Assembly (NCBI GenBank): GCA_965112155.1
Contig: OZ218103.1
DNA from: Podarcis liolepis
Lineage: Eukaryota
Strand: one strand, 5' to 3'
DNA: 64,000 bases
Shown here piece by piece: positions 1 through 11,816 of this stretch; positions within the stretch are counted from its first letter, which is position 1; the number at the start of each line of letters is the position of its first letter. The position numbers and the translations under genes were made by a program. The notes beneath the pieces are model-generated. The model was not told the origin of the DNA. It ran no database searches and saw only the letters and a program-made list of their open reading frames with translations.

Positions 1-33
1 AAAAGTCTTTTCCTCTTGGCCCATGCTATAACC

Positions 34-604
34 CAGCCTTCCACAACTGGTACTCTCCAGATGTTTTGTACTACAGCTCTCAGCAGTATCAGCCAGTGCT
101 GCCATGCTGGGAATTGTAATCCAAAACATCTTTGTTGTTTAGTTGTTTAGTTGTGTCCGACTCTTCGTGACCCCATGGACCAGAGCACGCCAGGCACTTC
201 TGTCTTCCACTGCCTCCCGCAGTTTGGTCAAACTCATGCTGGTAGCTTCGAGAACACTGTCCAACCATCTCCGTCCTCTGTCGTCCCCTCCTCCTTGTGC
301 CCTCCATGTTTCCCAGCATCAGGGTCTTTTCCAGGGAGTCTTCTCTTCTCATGAGGTGGCCAAAGTATTGGAGCCTCAGCTTCAGGATCTGTCCTTCCAG
401 TGAGCACTCAGGGCTGATTTCCTTAAGAATGGAGAGGTTTGATCTTCTTGCAGTCCATGGGACTCTCAAGAGTCTCCTCCAGCACCATAATTCAAAAGCA
501 TCAATTCTTCGGCGATCAGCCTTCTTTATGGTCCAGCTTTCACTTCCATACATCACTACTGGGAAAACCATAGCTTTTAGAGGGCACTAAATTGGTGAAG
601 GCTG
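34..604. mobile_element. Palindromic hAT-type MITE split by the BovB insertion
   Basis: Left arm cagccttc...ctccagatgttttg pairs with caaaacatct/agaggg...gaaggctg on either side of BovB; same family as the intact copies at 53114 and 54161. Confidence 0.6.
132..577 (-). mobile_element. BovB (RTE LINE) 5'-truncated 3' fragment
   Basis: Minus-strand translation MVFPVVMYGSESWTIKK...AFELWCWRRLLRVPWTARRSN is the BovB RT C-terminus; (CAA)-type tail; frameshift near the end. Confidence 0.93.
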
Positions 605-967
605 CCATAATGCACGGGGTATGCATAAAAATGTAGGAAATGATGCTCTTTCATAAGCTATAGTTGTGCCATGTTATCTTGTCTCTTTCCCCCTCATCCT
701 CATTATTCCCCCCACTTTTTGAAAACACATTCAGCACACATTACTCTCCCCATCCAAGAATCCTGAGAACTGCAGTTTCTCCATCACAGAACTACAGTTC
801 CCAGCACCGTTAAGAAACTATTGTTCCCACGGTTCTTTGGAGGAAGCCGTGTGCTTTAAATGTGTGTTGAGCTTCAGCTTAATGTCTGTCGTGGGCCAAC
901 ACCGCCCCATTCTGCAAATCTTTAAATGGCCCTTTGTCTATTTACAAATTCTTGTGTATGTTTCCAG

Positions 968-1195
968 ATTGCTGAGCAGCCTGTAATCACTGCTACCGTG
1001 ACATCGGAAGCAAACGTTGCTCCACCACAGGAGAGTCCCGCCGCGAAGCAGAACACAAGGGCTGCTGACCCTCCTGCACCACCACCAGCCACAGCGACAG
1101 TGATTGTCACCAACGAAACTCCAAAAGAAATAATAATAACAAAGGAGAGATCTTCTTCTACTCCTACACCCCTAAGTAAATTCTTTCGAAAAAAG
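968..1195 (+). CDS. BCAS1: BCAS1 internal coding exon (IAEQPV...TPLSKFFRKK), phase 0/0
   Basis: Acceptor tttccag at 961-967, donor gtacgt at 1196, 228 nt open frame. PLSKFFRKK resembles the PLGKLFWKK motif recalled from mammalian BCAS1. Confidence 0.88.
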
Positions 1196-2927
1196 GTACG
1201 TGTGGATTTTCTGGATAGCCATCTTCCTTTCTGGCTAGATTTATTTATAGGAGTTTTTTTCATATACCTCACAATAGGTCCTGGGTTGACCCAGTGTTGA
1301 AAGGCTTCTTAGAATGGATGATGCCACAGCAAAGCCAGATTAAATGCAGGTTTTCCATGGGAGAGTCTTTATTTATTTACTTGCACATGTCAATGACTTC
1401 AAAAATTGCTCATTGGGCAGCACAGCTAAAGAAAATAACCGCTCATTTGTCTTATATGCATGCCCTGTCCATTTCTCAAAAGCTCAAAGCAACCTGCAAT
1501 ATAATAGCAACTTGAAACATCAAACGTCGCTTTTATTTGTGCTAGATTTAATTACAGCCAATCGCTTCAAACATACCTCTATTAACACATCAGCTGAGGT
1601 ATCCCTATCAACAAAAGTAACTGTCATCAGCAAATGAGAGCCAAATCAGTACCATCAATAAAACATTATGTTTTTGGTAAGCCATAAAATAGCCAGTCAT
1701 TTAGGCTTCCTGGGTGACTGGATATTTTCCTTGAACCCAGACGTGCCTGGAATTTCCTCCCAGGATACAACTGTTATCACTAGTGAAACTAAACCCACTG
1801 CATCAACATAGCATGAGAGACAGAACGCATTTGGGCTACAGCTGTAGCAGCACTGACTGTAATATGATCCCACACTATACTGTTTTTTTAAAAAACCAAG
1901 TCCCAGGAGATTGCTTCTGCTCTGCTCTGCCTTACTGAGGATGTATTCTGCTTTGGGAAGAGAACAAACTCCTATAGCTAGATAACTGGTTACATCTGGT
2001 GAGCTGGAAGACCAAATATAACTGCCAATGGCATCAGTGCAACAGCTAATGCCATATGCTAATAAAATTTACATCAATAGGGATGCAGTTTGACAAGCAC
2101 CACATCAATATTTGTTGTTTTGGAGTGCTTAAAGGGCTTACTTTGAACGGTGCCATTGGATTTTAATGTCCATACTGTATTTTATTTCATAAGGTATTCT
2201 GTCTTTCTGTTGGGTCATCTTTTGTTGCAATATAGCAATGCTGCATTACATTTTATACTAAGAGTAAAATAAAAGTTGAAGATGACATGGTGACCATATC
2301 ACAGCCGCTAATAATGGTGCTGGTTCTTTTTAAGGTTGTGTATTTTGTTGATTCCTGGTTTATTATTTGTTCTAACTGTCTTGTCAGTAAACTCAGAACC
2401 CCTCCAGACATCCATTTTATGTGAATTCATGATTATTTGTGCTGATGGTAGTATCGGGGCGATTATTTGCAATCCTGCTTTCAGTGGGGAAAACATACAG
2501 ATGCATTTCCAAACAGTGCATCTCCCCAACTTCCTCCTGATACCCTGTAACATTCCACAAATGTTCGCTGGTCATAATTTGTTGTGCCATACCACAAGAG
2601 TGCCCCTTCAGACTCCTTCCCAACATTTCAGCGGCATCTCCCAACAACTAATAAAGCGGACTGTCTGGTATAAATCCACCACTAATGAACACCCACAAAT
2701 TGTCTGGAGGGGTCCTCAACTGATGCAATTTCTATTACTACTGTTAATAACACCACAGGCTAAGTAGCTAATGGTTACTTCACTCTTGAATTTAAGCGTG
2801 AAACTGCACATTGTGATGCAAACAATGGGTTGCTGGCAAGAAAAGCAGCTCTGTGTTCAGTTTTCTCCTTTTTCCTTGTGACTATTTTGCTAATCCTGCC
2901 CACATGCTTGACAACACAGCTTTATGG

Positions 2928-3028
2928 GTTTCTCCAACTCTGCTCCACATAACTGACTGCCCCCTGGTCAGCAGCAGCGTTTCTCCAACTCTGCTCCACA
3001 TAACTGACTGCCCCCTGGTCAGCAGCAG
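2928..3028. repeat. Perfect 50-bp tandem duplication (period 51) containing a CTCF-like motif
   Basis: gtttctccaactctgctccacataactgactgccccctggtcagcagcag occurs at 2928-2977 and 2979-3028. Confidence 0.95.
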
Positions 3029-3864
3029 GGTAGCACATTATGTTGGTCAATACCATGGGAAATTTCACTTCACGCTACCAAGGAGAAATGGGAGAACTGG
3101 ATCACAGACTGCCACCTTTCAGCAGCAACTCTCTGCTGCCTAATATTCAGTTCCTCCCCAACATCTAAACAGGCAATAGGGATTTCATAGCCTACCTCCT
3201 TGGCACTTTGTTAACCACCGTGTTGCAGAAATTCCACCATTGCCATGCCAAAAGTGGACTGAGCAGCGATATTTACAGATACCATGGGCATGTGAATGTG
3301 AGCTTTATCCATACATACAATGAAATCACTTGTACTCTTGCTATACTATACCACTTCACGCCGCAGGTAGGCGGGATGGCATGTCTGAAGTTTCCTTCAC
3401 ATAAAAATAAATGCCATGCATGTAGAAATGTAGCATGCCAGGGGAAAAGGATCTAACCTAATTTTCCACCTAGCATGCTAATTTTCTTTGGGAAGGGATC
3501 TGATGGTCTGTTTGTTTAAGTCACTTGTGGACTATCAACAGATCTCAAAGTAGTTTACATCATTGAAGCAATTTGTTAGCTTTTATAAGCAGCTGAATAT
3601 ACTCAGGAAGTTACTAGAAAGGATTTTCTCCAAGGAAACTCTAAAATCCAGTTGTGTTTCACAGAAGGTGGGAGTGGCATCCAGGGTGCAAAAATCCAAC
3701 CTGTTTCCTATAAAATCGGTCTCTTTAAGTTTGAAATAAATGTTCATCCTTCTGAGATGATGGCTCTTATTCCCGTAAGTGATTCTGAATTTCTAAAGTA
3801 GGCCATCTTAATTTATCTAAATGCATTCCACTGTTCCTTAACATTTGTTACAAATAACCTGCAG

Positions 3865-4026
3865 ACTCCAACAGATGACATCGAGGTGATAAACACGGAG
3901 AGGATCGAAGCATCTCCCCAAGCCCCAGCTAAAGTCGAAAGCAGAAGTCAGGAAGCAGCGGAAGTAAAGTCCAAAGGAGATGAGAAGCCCAGCAAAACTA
4001 AGGATCTGAGGAAATTATTTAAATTG
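3865..4026 (+). CDS. BCAS1: BCAS1 internal coding exon (TPTDDIEV...DLRKLFKL), phase 0/0
   Basis: Acceptor cctgcag, donor gtaaga at 4027, 162 nt, in frame with both neighbouring exons; charged low-complexity composition typical of BCAS1. Confidence 0.82.
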
Positions 4027-4778
4027 GTAAGAAGAGTATTTTTGAATCTGTATGGGAGGAGGTATAAAGTATGACCTAGAAGGGATTAATCTGTAAAGTA
4101 TTTGAAATAGCCAAACAGAGTAGTTAGAGTATCGCAACATTTGTTGGTGGCCTATGGCAAAGCAACTCCTCTCATGATCTCACCAGTTCACCTCCCTTCC
4201 TTACTCCCACCCCCTGCAACAGGGACCATATTAGAAACAGTCAGACCTATAGAGTAAACTCACCACCTCCATAAGTCATACAACAGATAATAGGCACTTA
4301 GAAGTTCCAGACAGGTGTGTATTGTGGAATTAAAACTCTTCATACATGTAAGTTTCTTGCATTCCATATAACACTGCCAGCATCAAAATGCCAATGTATA
4401 ATTTCCTCTCATTTACCTTGATTTCTGGAGAACCTTAAGGCCATTCCCTCTTCTAAATGCTTGTTGATTTTTCACCCCACACACTCAGTCAAACAGCACC
4501 CACCAGTGAACTCTAACAGCAAGTTGTTGGCTGCCTTCAAAATCGCAGCAAGCCTATAAAGAACACTCGAGGAAATGAGAAGTCTCCACATTTGCCCTAA
4601 ATTGACATGTTTAAGGGGCTCCGTAGATTGGAAAGAGGGAGGTATGCACTATCTGGATTGGATAAAACAGGGTTAGGGGCTAAGGAATCTAGCTAGCATT
4701 GCCTGTTAAAGTCCTCTGTAACCCCAGCACTACAGAAACATGTTAAGAAGAAATGCATCTAACCCTTTGTTATTCTAG

Positions 4779-4844
4779 CCAGTCAGAGGTGACGCAGTAG
4801 TAGTTGCTCCAGAAGAGGTAAATGGGCAAGCCCCTGATGCCCAA
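4779..4844 (+). CDS. BCAS1: BCAS1 66-nt coding exon (PVRGDAVVVAPEEVNGQAPDAQ)
   Basis: Acceptor ttattctag, donor gtaagt at 4845. The 22 aa align by eye with the recalled human segment SVKGDGGITHSEEINGKDSSCQ. Confidence 0.85.
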
Positions 4845-7800
4845 GTAAGTGTATGGATTCGATCTTCTCTTGGTGATGGGTTCAGCTGGTATCTACTTCC
4901 GGAGCCTCACTTTGCTGTTTCTTCTTCTTTCATGACAGCAAAACTCATCTGTCCATTGAGCATGTTTTGTTCAGCCTCTGACCAATTGTGTTCCATGCTT
5001 TACTTCCTTCATTTTTTGCAGCTGAATTTGGGACTGTTGGGTTTAAAAACTGTCACTATCGCCTTTGGAAACAAATCTCTGTATCCATAATTGCAATCAG
5101 AACTAAAATTAATAAATTGTTTGGGTTTTTAAATGACCAGATTTATGAAAAGCACTGCAAGCATATATCCAATAGTTCATAGGTGTATGGATTTTATACA
5201 TTTCTAAAGAACCTCTAACATCATTTTAAGCTATCAGATCTTTACAAAAATTCAACGTAAGGATAAATAAAGACAATTCCGTCTTATCTGTATGTTTGTT
5301 CTCAAGTTTATCTTAAAACCCTCCTTGTGTTCTTATTTTTATGTGTAGTGCATGTCGGTCTGGCATCTGTGTAAAGTTCTTAATACTGTATCAAGTCCAT
5401 TCACTTCATATTAACTTAGTTTGCTATTTCTTCTACACTAGTGAAATAATACATTTAAAGTTAATGCGAGTGTATCCAACACCGCTGTTCTGCTCACACA
5501 GAACTTCAGAACTTCTCCCTCTTCTCCTTTCAGTCCCTGATCACCCTCAATAACTGTTCCAGAGGCTTGGGGGACTTTCCAGAGCAGATTTGGGGTAGAG
5601 GGTGTCACAGGAAGAGAAGAGGAAGGTCCTATCTTGCAAGTGGAACTCATGTTCCATTGCAAAAGTGAACTTCCAACTAGTATATTAATTTACTGCACTT
5701 AATTAAAGGTTAGCTCTTTATCTTGCAACCAGTGATTATAAGTACCTTTGCTTCTTTTTCCCAGTTATGTGCTGTTAAAACCTTTGCCACCATTAATACA
5801 TAACGAAGTAGAAATGGCTGTACTGCAGTCTTCATATACTGGATCAATTGATTTGAGATTTAGTACCTGATGTGGACAGTACAGGCAGCGGACTGATTGC
5901 TTTCATTTGTGAAATGTGGAAACTCCTTGCTGTCCATTGTGAACCACAAAACACAGGCCTATTGCTGGAGCCTGTGAGCTAGCCGAAGCTTATCTTTTGG
6001 GGGCTCAGGGGTCCCATTGGCCCATTGCAACCCCTCCAGGGGCAACATGAAATTGGAAGATGCACCCAGTGTGTGGGGTGTGTAAGCTCTCTGGATGAAG
6101 GACTGACTGCCCATGAACCATATATAAGCCACTGTGAGCTCTTTGCAGGAAAAGTCAGTAATAAGTGTAACAAATAAACATCCCTTCTCAGTTTGCACTG
6201 GATAAATAGGGGACACTTACTTTTCTTTACGATGTTTGGTGTTGGGCATTGCATTGGTTGTTATCAATTCATTTAGCCGACCGTCCCTTTCAGTAAGCCT
6301 TGAGGCCTTACGTTATAACACTGTACATATGCAATGTGCCTACAACACTTCACCGTTGCTAAGGGAACAGTTCCCAATCAGCTCCATTTAACTTCATGGT
6401 GGTGGCAACAGCATAGAGCCTTGAAAGAAGAGGGGAGAGGTCACCGCACGGCAAAAAACGTGCAGAAGCAGACTGTTTGCCTCACCACTCTGGAGCACTG
6501 CCAGTGCAAGGGCCCATTTGTCCTCTGATGGGGGCATCCCCTCCTTGGACGCTCTGCTATCCCTTTCATGATCTTTACCGAAATGCAGTCCACCAAAGGT
6601 TGAAGAGTTTGATTGATTCAGGTCTCAAGTCAATTAAATCTCTGGGGCAGACGTGAGTAGAATTCGTTGGGAAAACTATGATCCCGTTAATCTGGTTTTC
6701 CTTTCTCAAGAAATGCTAGCTGCCTACAAGCTGAGACAGATTGTTGGGTCTGGATCAGCTGTTAGGAAGGGGAGTGATACAGTTCATTATTTACAGCTTT
6801 CCTTTTTTCTGTTTCCCTGCGTTCTTTCCTTCAACATTAAAATGTGCCAAATTTGCTGCTTTGAAACATGCTGATATTCTGCCTGATTCAAAGATAAGAT
6901 GATATCCTGAACATGCTCTTTCCACTTAGCTCAAGGGTAACCTTTTCTTGACACCACCATTTGTTCTTCACAGTCAGCTGAAACTTGTGAAGAGAACGAA
7001 TGGGATGATCTTAGAAATCACAGGGTGGTTGCAGTGGGGCTGCATTTTAAAAAACGCAGAGCTCCTGTGTTTTTAACAGTTTCACGGCAGGTGGAAACGG
7101 GGGGGGGGACCAATTCTTTCCTCATAACTGTACATCCTTAGCAATTGCTAGAGGGTCACGTACTTCCTTTAGTGCTTCCCCAACCCACCTTTCCCTTATA
7201 TCAGTCCCTCAGCTTTTAATTCAAACCAGCCATGAATAGTTTGTGTAGACGTAATGGCCCAGTCTGCATGGAACACTAAACCAGATCATGGCTTAGTGTG
7301 AATGAGCAGGCATGTGGGTTCCTGGAGAGAACTGCTTTGCTTCTTCTCTGGTCCTGCTGCTGCCCTGCTGCAGAGAGCCAAGCCATGGTTTGGCTTAGTG
7401 TTACATCCTAACCCAGGCTCATTGTTTAACTAGCAGACAAACCAGGAACTGAAGCCAAAGTTTGTTCCATGGCTTACTGCACATAGTTTGCTTGTTTGCA
7501 TTAAGCCATGGTTCAGTCAGCCATCCCTAGCCTTTAGTCATGGTTTGTTGTAACCATGGTGGACAATGATGCACCTAAGCTAACCTTTGTTTCAAACACT
7601 GGGCTTGTGTTATCACAGTGGTTAACGGTGTTGTTGATAAAAACTGTAGGTATTGGGAGAAATTGAAGAGCTACAGAGAGAAGAAGGGAAGAGCTACAGT
7701 GAGGGCAGGAGTGCCAGCATGGCCCCGCGACCATGGTTGCCTGGGGCCACGGGTGCCATGCAGTGTGCATGACCATGGCACCAAAATTTGTAGGTGCCTG

Positions 7801-8899
7801 GCCCCTTCATGGGGAATTTTGTGGGTACTCCCAGGGAGTTGGCAACTATGAGTGAGGGTCTCTGCAATCAAACAGCCCACACCTACATCTCTTAATTATG
7901 GTTTGAGTCTTGAGCAAGGCGCTGCTTGTGCACCAGCCTAGACAATAAAGTAGGGATGTTTGAAAAGAAACAGCATGGGAACTTTCTTCATGCAGACTCC
8001 AGAAGCTGATTCTGCAATCTGTAAATGTTATTATGCCAGAGGTATGGATTCAGAGGTTTCATACACCAAGGCACGCTGCCTGAGCAAATTAAATTCTTAA
8101 GAGTTTTATGTTAACCCACAAGTTGCCTATAAACCCTGAAAATATCATGACCTGTGACTTTCAGCCACCTTTAAAGCATGTGTGTGGCTTCCAGATGTAT
8201 AGCTTGGGCATAACATCCCAGATGCACAATAATGGCAGGGAAAGGGGTGCATATTATTTCGTTTCACTTTGTAATCTAACATTGCTGTTCACTTCCTCTT
8301 TCTTTTAAACAAACTGTAGCATTTTGTTGTGAACCTTTTTGAACTTTGTCCATATCCTGTTCTTATTTCACTCCCTTTGCTATAGTGAAGTGTCTTGTAA
8401 TAGTTGTTACTTTGGAAACAACAATAATAATATTTTTAAAATGAATGAATGTAAGAAGTCATGGTTTTTCCATTTGCAATTCCATGCAGAATTTTCTATG
8501 GCATTGGACTACCTTGACCAAATCATGGCTTGTCAATCTTCTGGTGGAGTATTGTAATTTTATACTGTGGAAATTTATCCGTGCAATCTTTCTCTTCTGT
8601 AGCCCAGTGTTATTTATTTGTTATCTTGATCTTTCAAATCTTTCTCTGTCTCTGTCTCCCATCTTTTGGTTTCATGCTTCCTGGCTTGGGAAGAGAACAC
8701 AGTTACTGCTTTGTTGTAATGCTGTTGTTGCATGCATGCATGTGAAAACATTGTGTCTCTAGGGTTGTGTTTAGATGGTAACTTCCTAGGCTCCAGATTA
8801 TAGATCCTATTATTATGCAAATTATACCTGATGACATTTCCTCCTCTGCATAACTATGAAAGGTGCAGGAGCCCTGATCTCCTTTGCATCTAGAGTCAA

Positions 8900-9033
8900 G
8901 CCAGCAATCTATATAGTTCAGTACTGGCTACACTGATTGACAGTGGCTCTGCAGGATTTGAGACAGGGGTTCTCCAAGCCTCACCTGGAGATGCCAGGGA
9001 TTTAACTAGGGCCTTCTGCATGCAAATAAAGTG
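8900..9033 (-). mobile_element. Old tRNA-derived SINE (Squam2-like), head interrupted by the satellite-like insert
   Basis: cctggagatgccagggatttaactagggccttctgcatgcaaa is the reverse complement of a tRNA-like B-box head; similar copy at ~29900-30060. Confidence 0.55.
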
Positions 9034-9044
9034 GTCCCATTAGG

Positions 9045-9356
9045 GATTCCAAATTTTAGGGTTCGTAGTTAATGTTAAGTACAACCCCTGTCTTTGATGT
9101 ATCAGTTACTCATTTTGTGGGGTGCTGCAAAATGTGGGGTTTTCACTGCAAAACAACTGCAGAGGTTTGGCACAGGTTTGGAGAGGATTCCAAATTTGGG
9201 GGTTCATAGTTCATGTCCCGTACGAACCCTGTGTTTTATGTATCAGTTACTCAGTTTGTGGGGCGCTGCAAAACACAGGGTTTTTGCTGCAAAACAACTG
9301 TAAAACTTTGGCACAGGTTTGGAGGGGATCCTAAATTTTGGGGTTCGTAGTTAATT
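9045..9356. repeat. 141-bp period tandem repeat, ~2.2 copies (satellite-like)
   Basis: Unit starts gattccaaattt at 9045 and 9186, gatcctaaattt at 9327; about 83% identity between the two full units by eye. Confidence 0.9.
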
Positions 9357-9554
9357 TTCGAAAAGAAAGTGCTCTGTCACAAAAAGGGGTATGCCTTTTT
9401 GGTTTAGGAAACTGTGGTGGTTATTGCGGTGTTAAGCAGTACGCCATGCAAATCCCACGTTCATCTGCAGCTGGTTCCAGTCAATTGGGTGAGCGGCATT
9501 GATTTAAACAGCCCATGTGTCTTGCCATGTGGTTCAAATATTGCCGCAGCCTTG

Positions 9555-9710
9555 AAGTCACTAAGCAGCCTTCAGCAAACTGCTACCTCTTAGCCTCAGA
9601 ACTCCATCTATAATATGGGAGTGGCAGTCACCCTGGACTGCTTTAGAGGATTGTTGTAACTACTACCAAGGTTATATTTGTGGCGTGCTTTGGACACTCT
9701 CTAAAAACAT
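9555..9710 (+). mobile_element. Degenerate MIR/CORE-SINE
   Basis: ctcttagcctcag...ccatctataatatggga...ggattgttgt resembles the CORE domain. Confidence 0.45.
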
Positions 9711-10189
9711 GTTAGGAAACGCTGTTTGTGGGATGCCTGAATAAGATCCATCTAGACATGGCCCTAACTTCAATGCCTTTCCTCAGTTTTTTATTATGCA
9801 TGGAGAAATAGAAAAACAACAGACATGTGTAAAAAGAAATGCTTTGCAGAAAGCCACTTGTGCATTTTCCTCCATGAGAGTAGTCCCAGAACTGTAAAAA
9901 GGGCAACTTGTGTGTGAGAGAGAGGGGAGGAGGGTGGCAGGCTGAACATACTAATATTATGATGTGCAGCCCGATCCTATGCATGTGCAGGGAGAAGTAA
10001 ACGCTACCGTGGCTCTTATTTCCTCATTAAGTGTGCATAGGATTGCAGCAAATAGATTTCCCACCATTTGGGTTGCATGTGCATTGGAGGCAAGGTAGCT
10101 TTAATTTTAAATAAACTGGGGGGCCTCCTGCCAAATGCATTTCTTTCTTCCTTTCTTTAAAAAATAACTGCTGTTTGAAACTGCTTTAG

Positions 10190-10435
10190 ACACTGGACTT
10201 CAAAGACAGGCCCTTGACCCAGGCTGAGAACAGAGAACCTGTGGCTGAGAGGAGCCAAGAGAGTTCAACAGAGAACCAGCAAGGAAACAAACAGGAAGCC
10301 AAAGACCAGCCAGACTCCACAGAGCAACAAAGAGCCGAGACAGACTCCCTTCAGAACGGAGGGGAAGCTGCGAAGGAAAACACTGTGAAGAGGATAGAGA
10401 AGAGACAGTCATTCGGAGGGTTTTTTAAGGGCCTT
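10190..10435 (+). CDS. BCAS1: BCAS1 penultimate coding exon (TLDFKD...[12 protein letters not shown])
   Basis: Acceptor ctttag, donor gtacgt at 10436, 246 nt. Contains NKQEAK, DSLQNG and [12 protein letters not shown] motifs matching BCAS1. Confidence 0.93.
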
Positions 10436-10644
10436 GTACGTTACCTTTCATTTTTCTTTAGCAATCCTGGTGTAGCCACCATTCTGGGAAGCTTTTGTGT
10501 ATAAGCATGTTGGGTCTTAGCCTCCAAATCTGTTCCCAGGAGTTCACTTGTATGCCACAATTTGTCAATTGGGGTTGTAATGAGTTTGGTAAAGAGCAGG
10601 GCCGGTGCTAAATTAGAGAGGGGCTGGGCAAGGAGCCTTCTGCT

Positions 10645-11068
10645 TAGGCATGGACAAATCTCTCAATTTTGGTTTCTCGTTTTTCCAAACTTATATTCAG
10701 TTCTCCATGTTTCCATAGCAGTTTTCAACTTTTTCTTTTTTAAGTCCTCTGCAAAAAATAAATAAATATCTGGGTTTTCTCCTGATCTATACACTTTCGT
10801 GTGCAATTTTGCCTTATATACACATTTTCGCAAACAATTTTCCTACTATGATGCATTGTTGCATGGTGTTTCTGCATTTTAGTACACATTCCCCTTTTTA
10901 TACATTTTTGTAAACAATTTTTGGTTGGAGAACTGAAATGCAAAATTCAGAAAAGTCTGGATTTTGATGGATAATTGTGTTATGGTTCATGCATTGTTTG
11001 GGGACATACAAATTAGATATTTTTGCACTAAAATTGCATTAAAATGCAAGTAAGGTAAATTTCTCCCT
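10645..11068. mobile_element. Old non-autonomous DNA transposon, same family as 18658-19094
   Basis: Colinear similarity to 18658-19094 (gtgcaattt..., atacacatttt, tatacattttt). Confidence 0.55.
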
Positions 11069-11671
11069 ACTACTCCTTTCTCCTTCCACCCCTGGTGGTC
11101 CCGTAACCTTGTCCGGTGACAACAGAAGTGGGGTGGCGCTTAGTCCAGTACTGAAAAGAGAAACACGGGGTAAAAAGGCTGATTCAACAGCCGCCACCAT
11201 CATACATTTCCTGTGAATCTTGAACTGTGAACCCGACTGCCTGTTTTACATCTTTTCTTCTGCTGGATCAATCCCACTTCTTACCCTTTCCCATCTCCTG
11301 TTCATATATGTGTCATGTCTTCTAGATTGTGAGCCTTTGGGCAGGACACTTTGTGCTTTATTTTTTTCCCAATTGCTAATCATTTAGCAGGGGGCACTAA
11401 ATTAACAACAGCAATACATACGTGTATATACTGAAAGCACTTTTACTTCATCTCTTCCAACTGCTTGCTATAAGGAAAGCTAAAGGCATAAGCAGAGACG
11501 CCTGGAACTTCTTGGGGCAACTGCTAAGAACACCATTTTTTTGAGCCTTCCTTATACATGTGAACGCTAATGGTGATTTTAAAAAAAACAATATATGTAC
11601 GTAGGGTCCAAACCTTTAATATGTTAGAACTCGCAATTCTACACTGGTCTAAGCTCTTCTTGCCCACCAGA

Positions 11672-11816
11672 CAGTGGCGTAGCGTGGGTTGTCAGCACCT
11701 GGGGCAAGGCAAGAAATTTGCGCCCCCTAACCCGTGGATTTGCGCCCCTTAACCCGTGGATTTGCGTCCCCTAACCCTAACCCCCAGATGTTGCACCCCC
11801 CCACGCTACGCCACTG
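11672..11816. mobile_element. hAT-type MITE with 17-bp TIRs and 8-bp TSD
   Basis: TIR cagtggcgtagcgtggg / cccacgctacgccactg; TSD ccaccaga at 11664-11671 and 11817-11824. Confidence 0.92.

Noticed and set aside
2336-2767. 143-aa ORF in a BCAS1 intron, with a branch/acceptor-like tctaactgtcttgtcag near 2387
   Set aside because: No similarity to BCAS1; phase-0 use of that acceptor gives an immediate TAA; no convincing donor.
8755-8785. Possible 15-nt microexon (ctctag|GGTTGTGTTTAGATG|gtaact) after the RBFOX cluster
   Set aside because: Contains an in-frame TAG in phase 0 and has a poor pyrimidine tract; unsupported without reads.
11381-11400. Additional CTCF-like motifs (ttagcagggggcacta here; weaker ones near 41950 and 49590)
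   Set aside because: They mismatch key 5' core positions; cannot be supported without PWM scoring.
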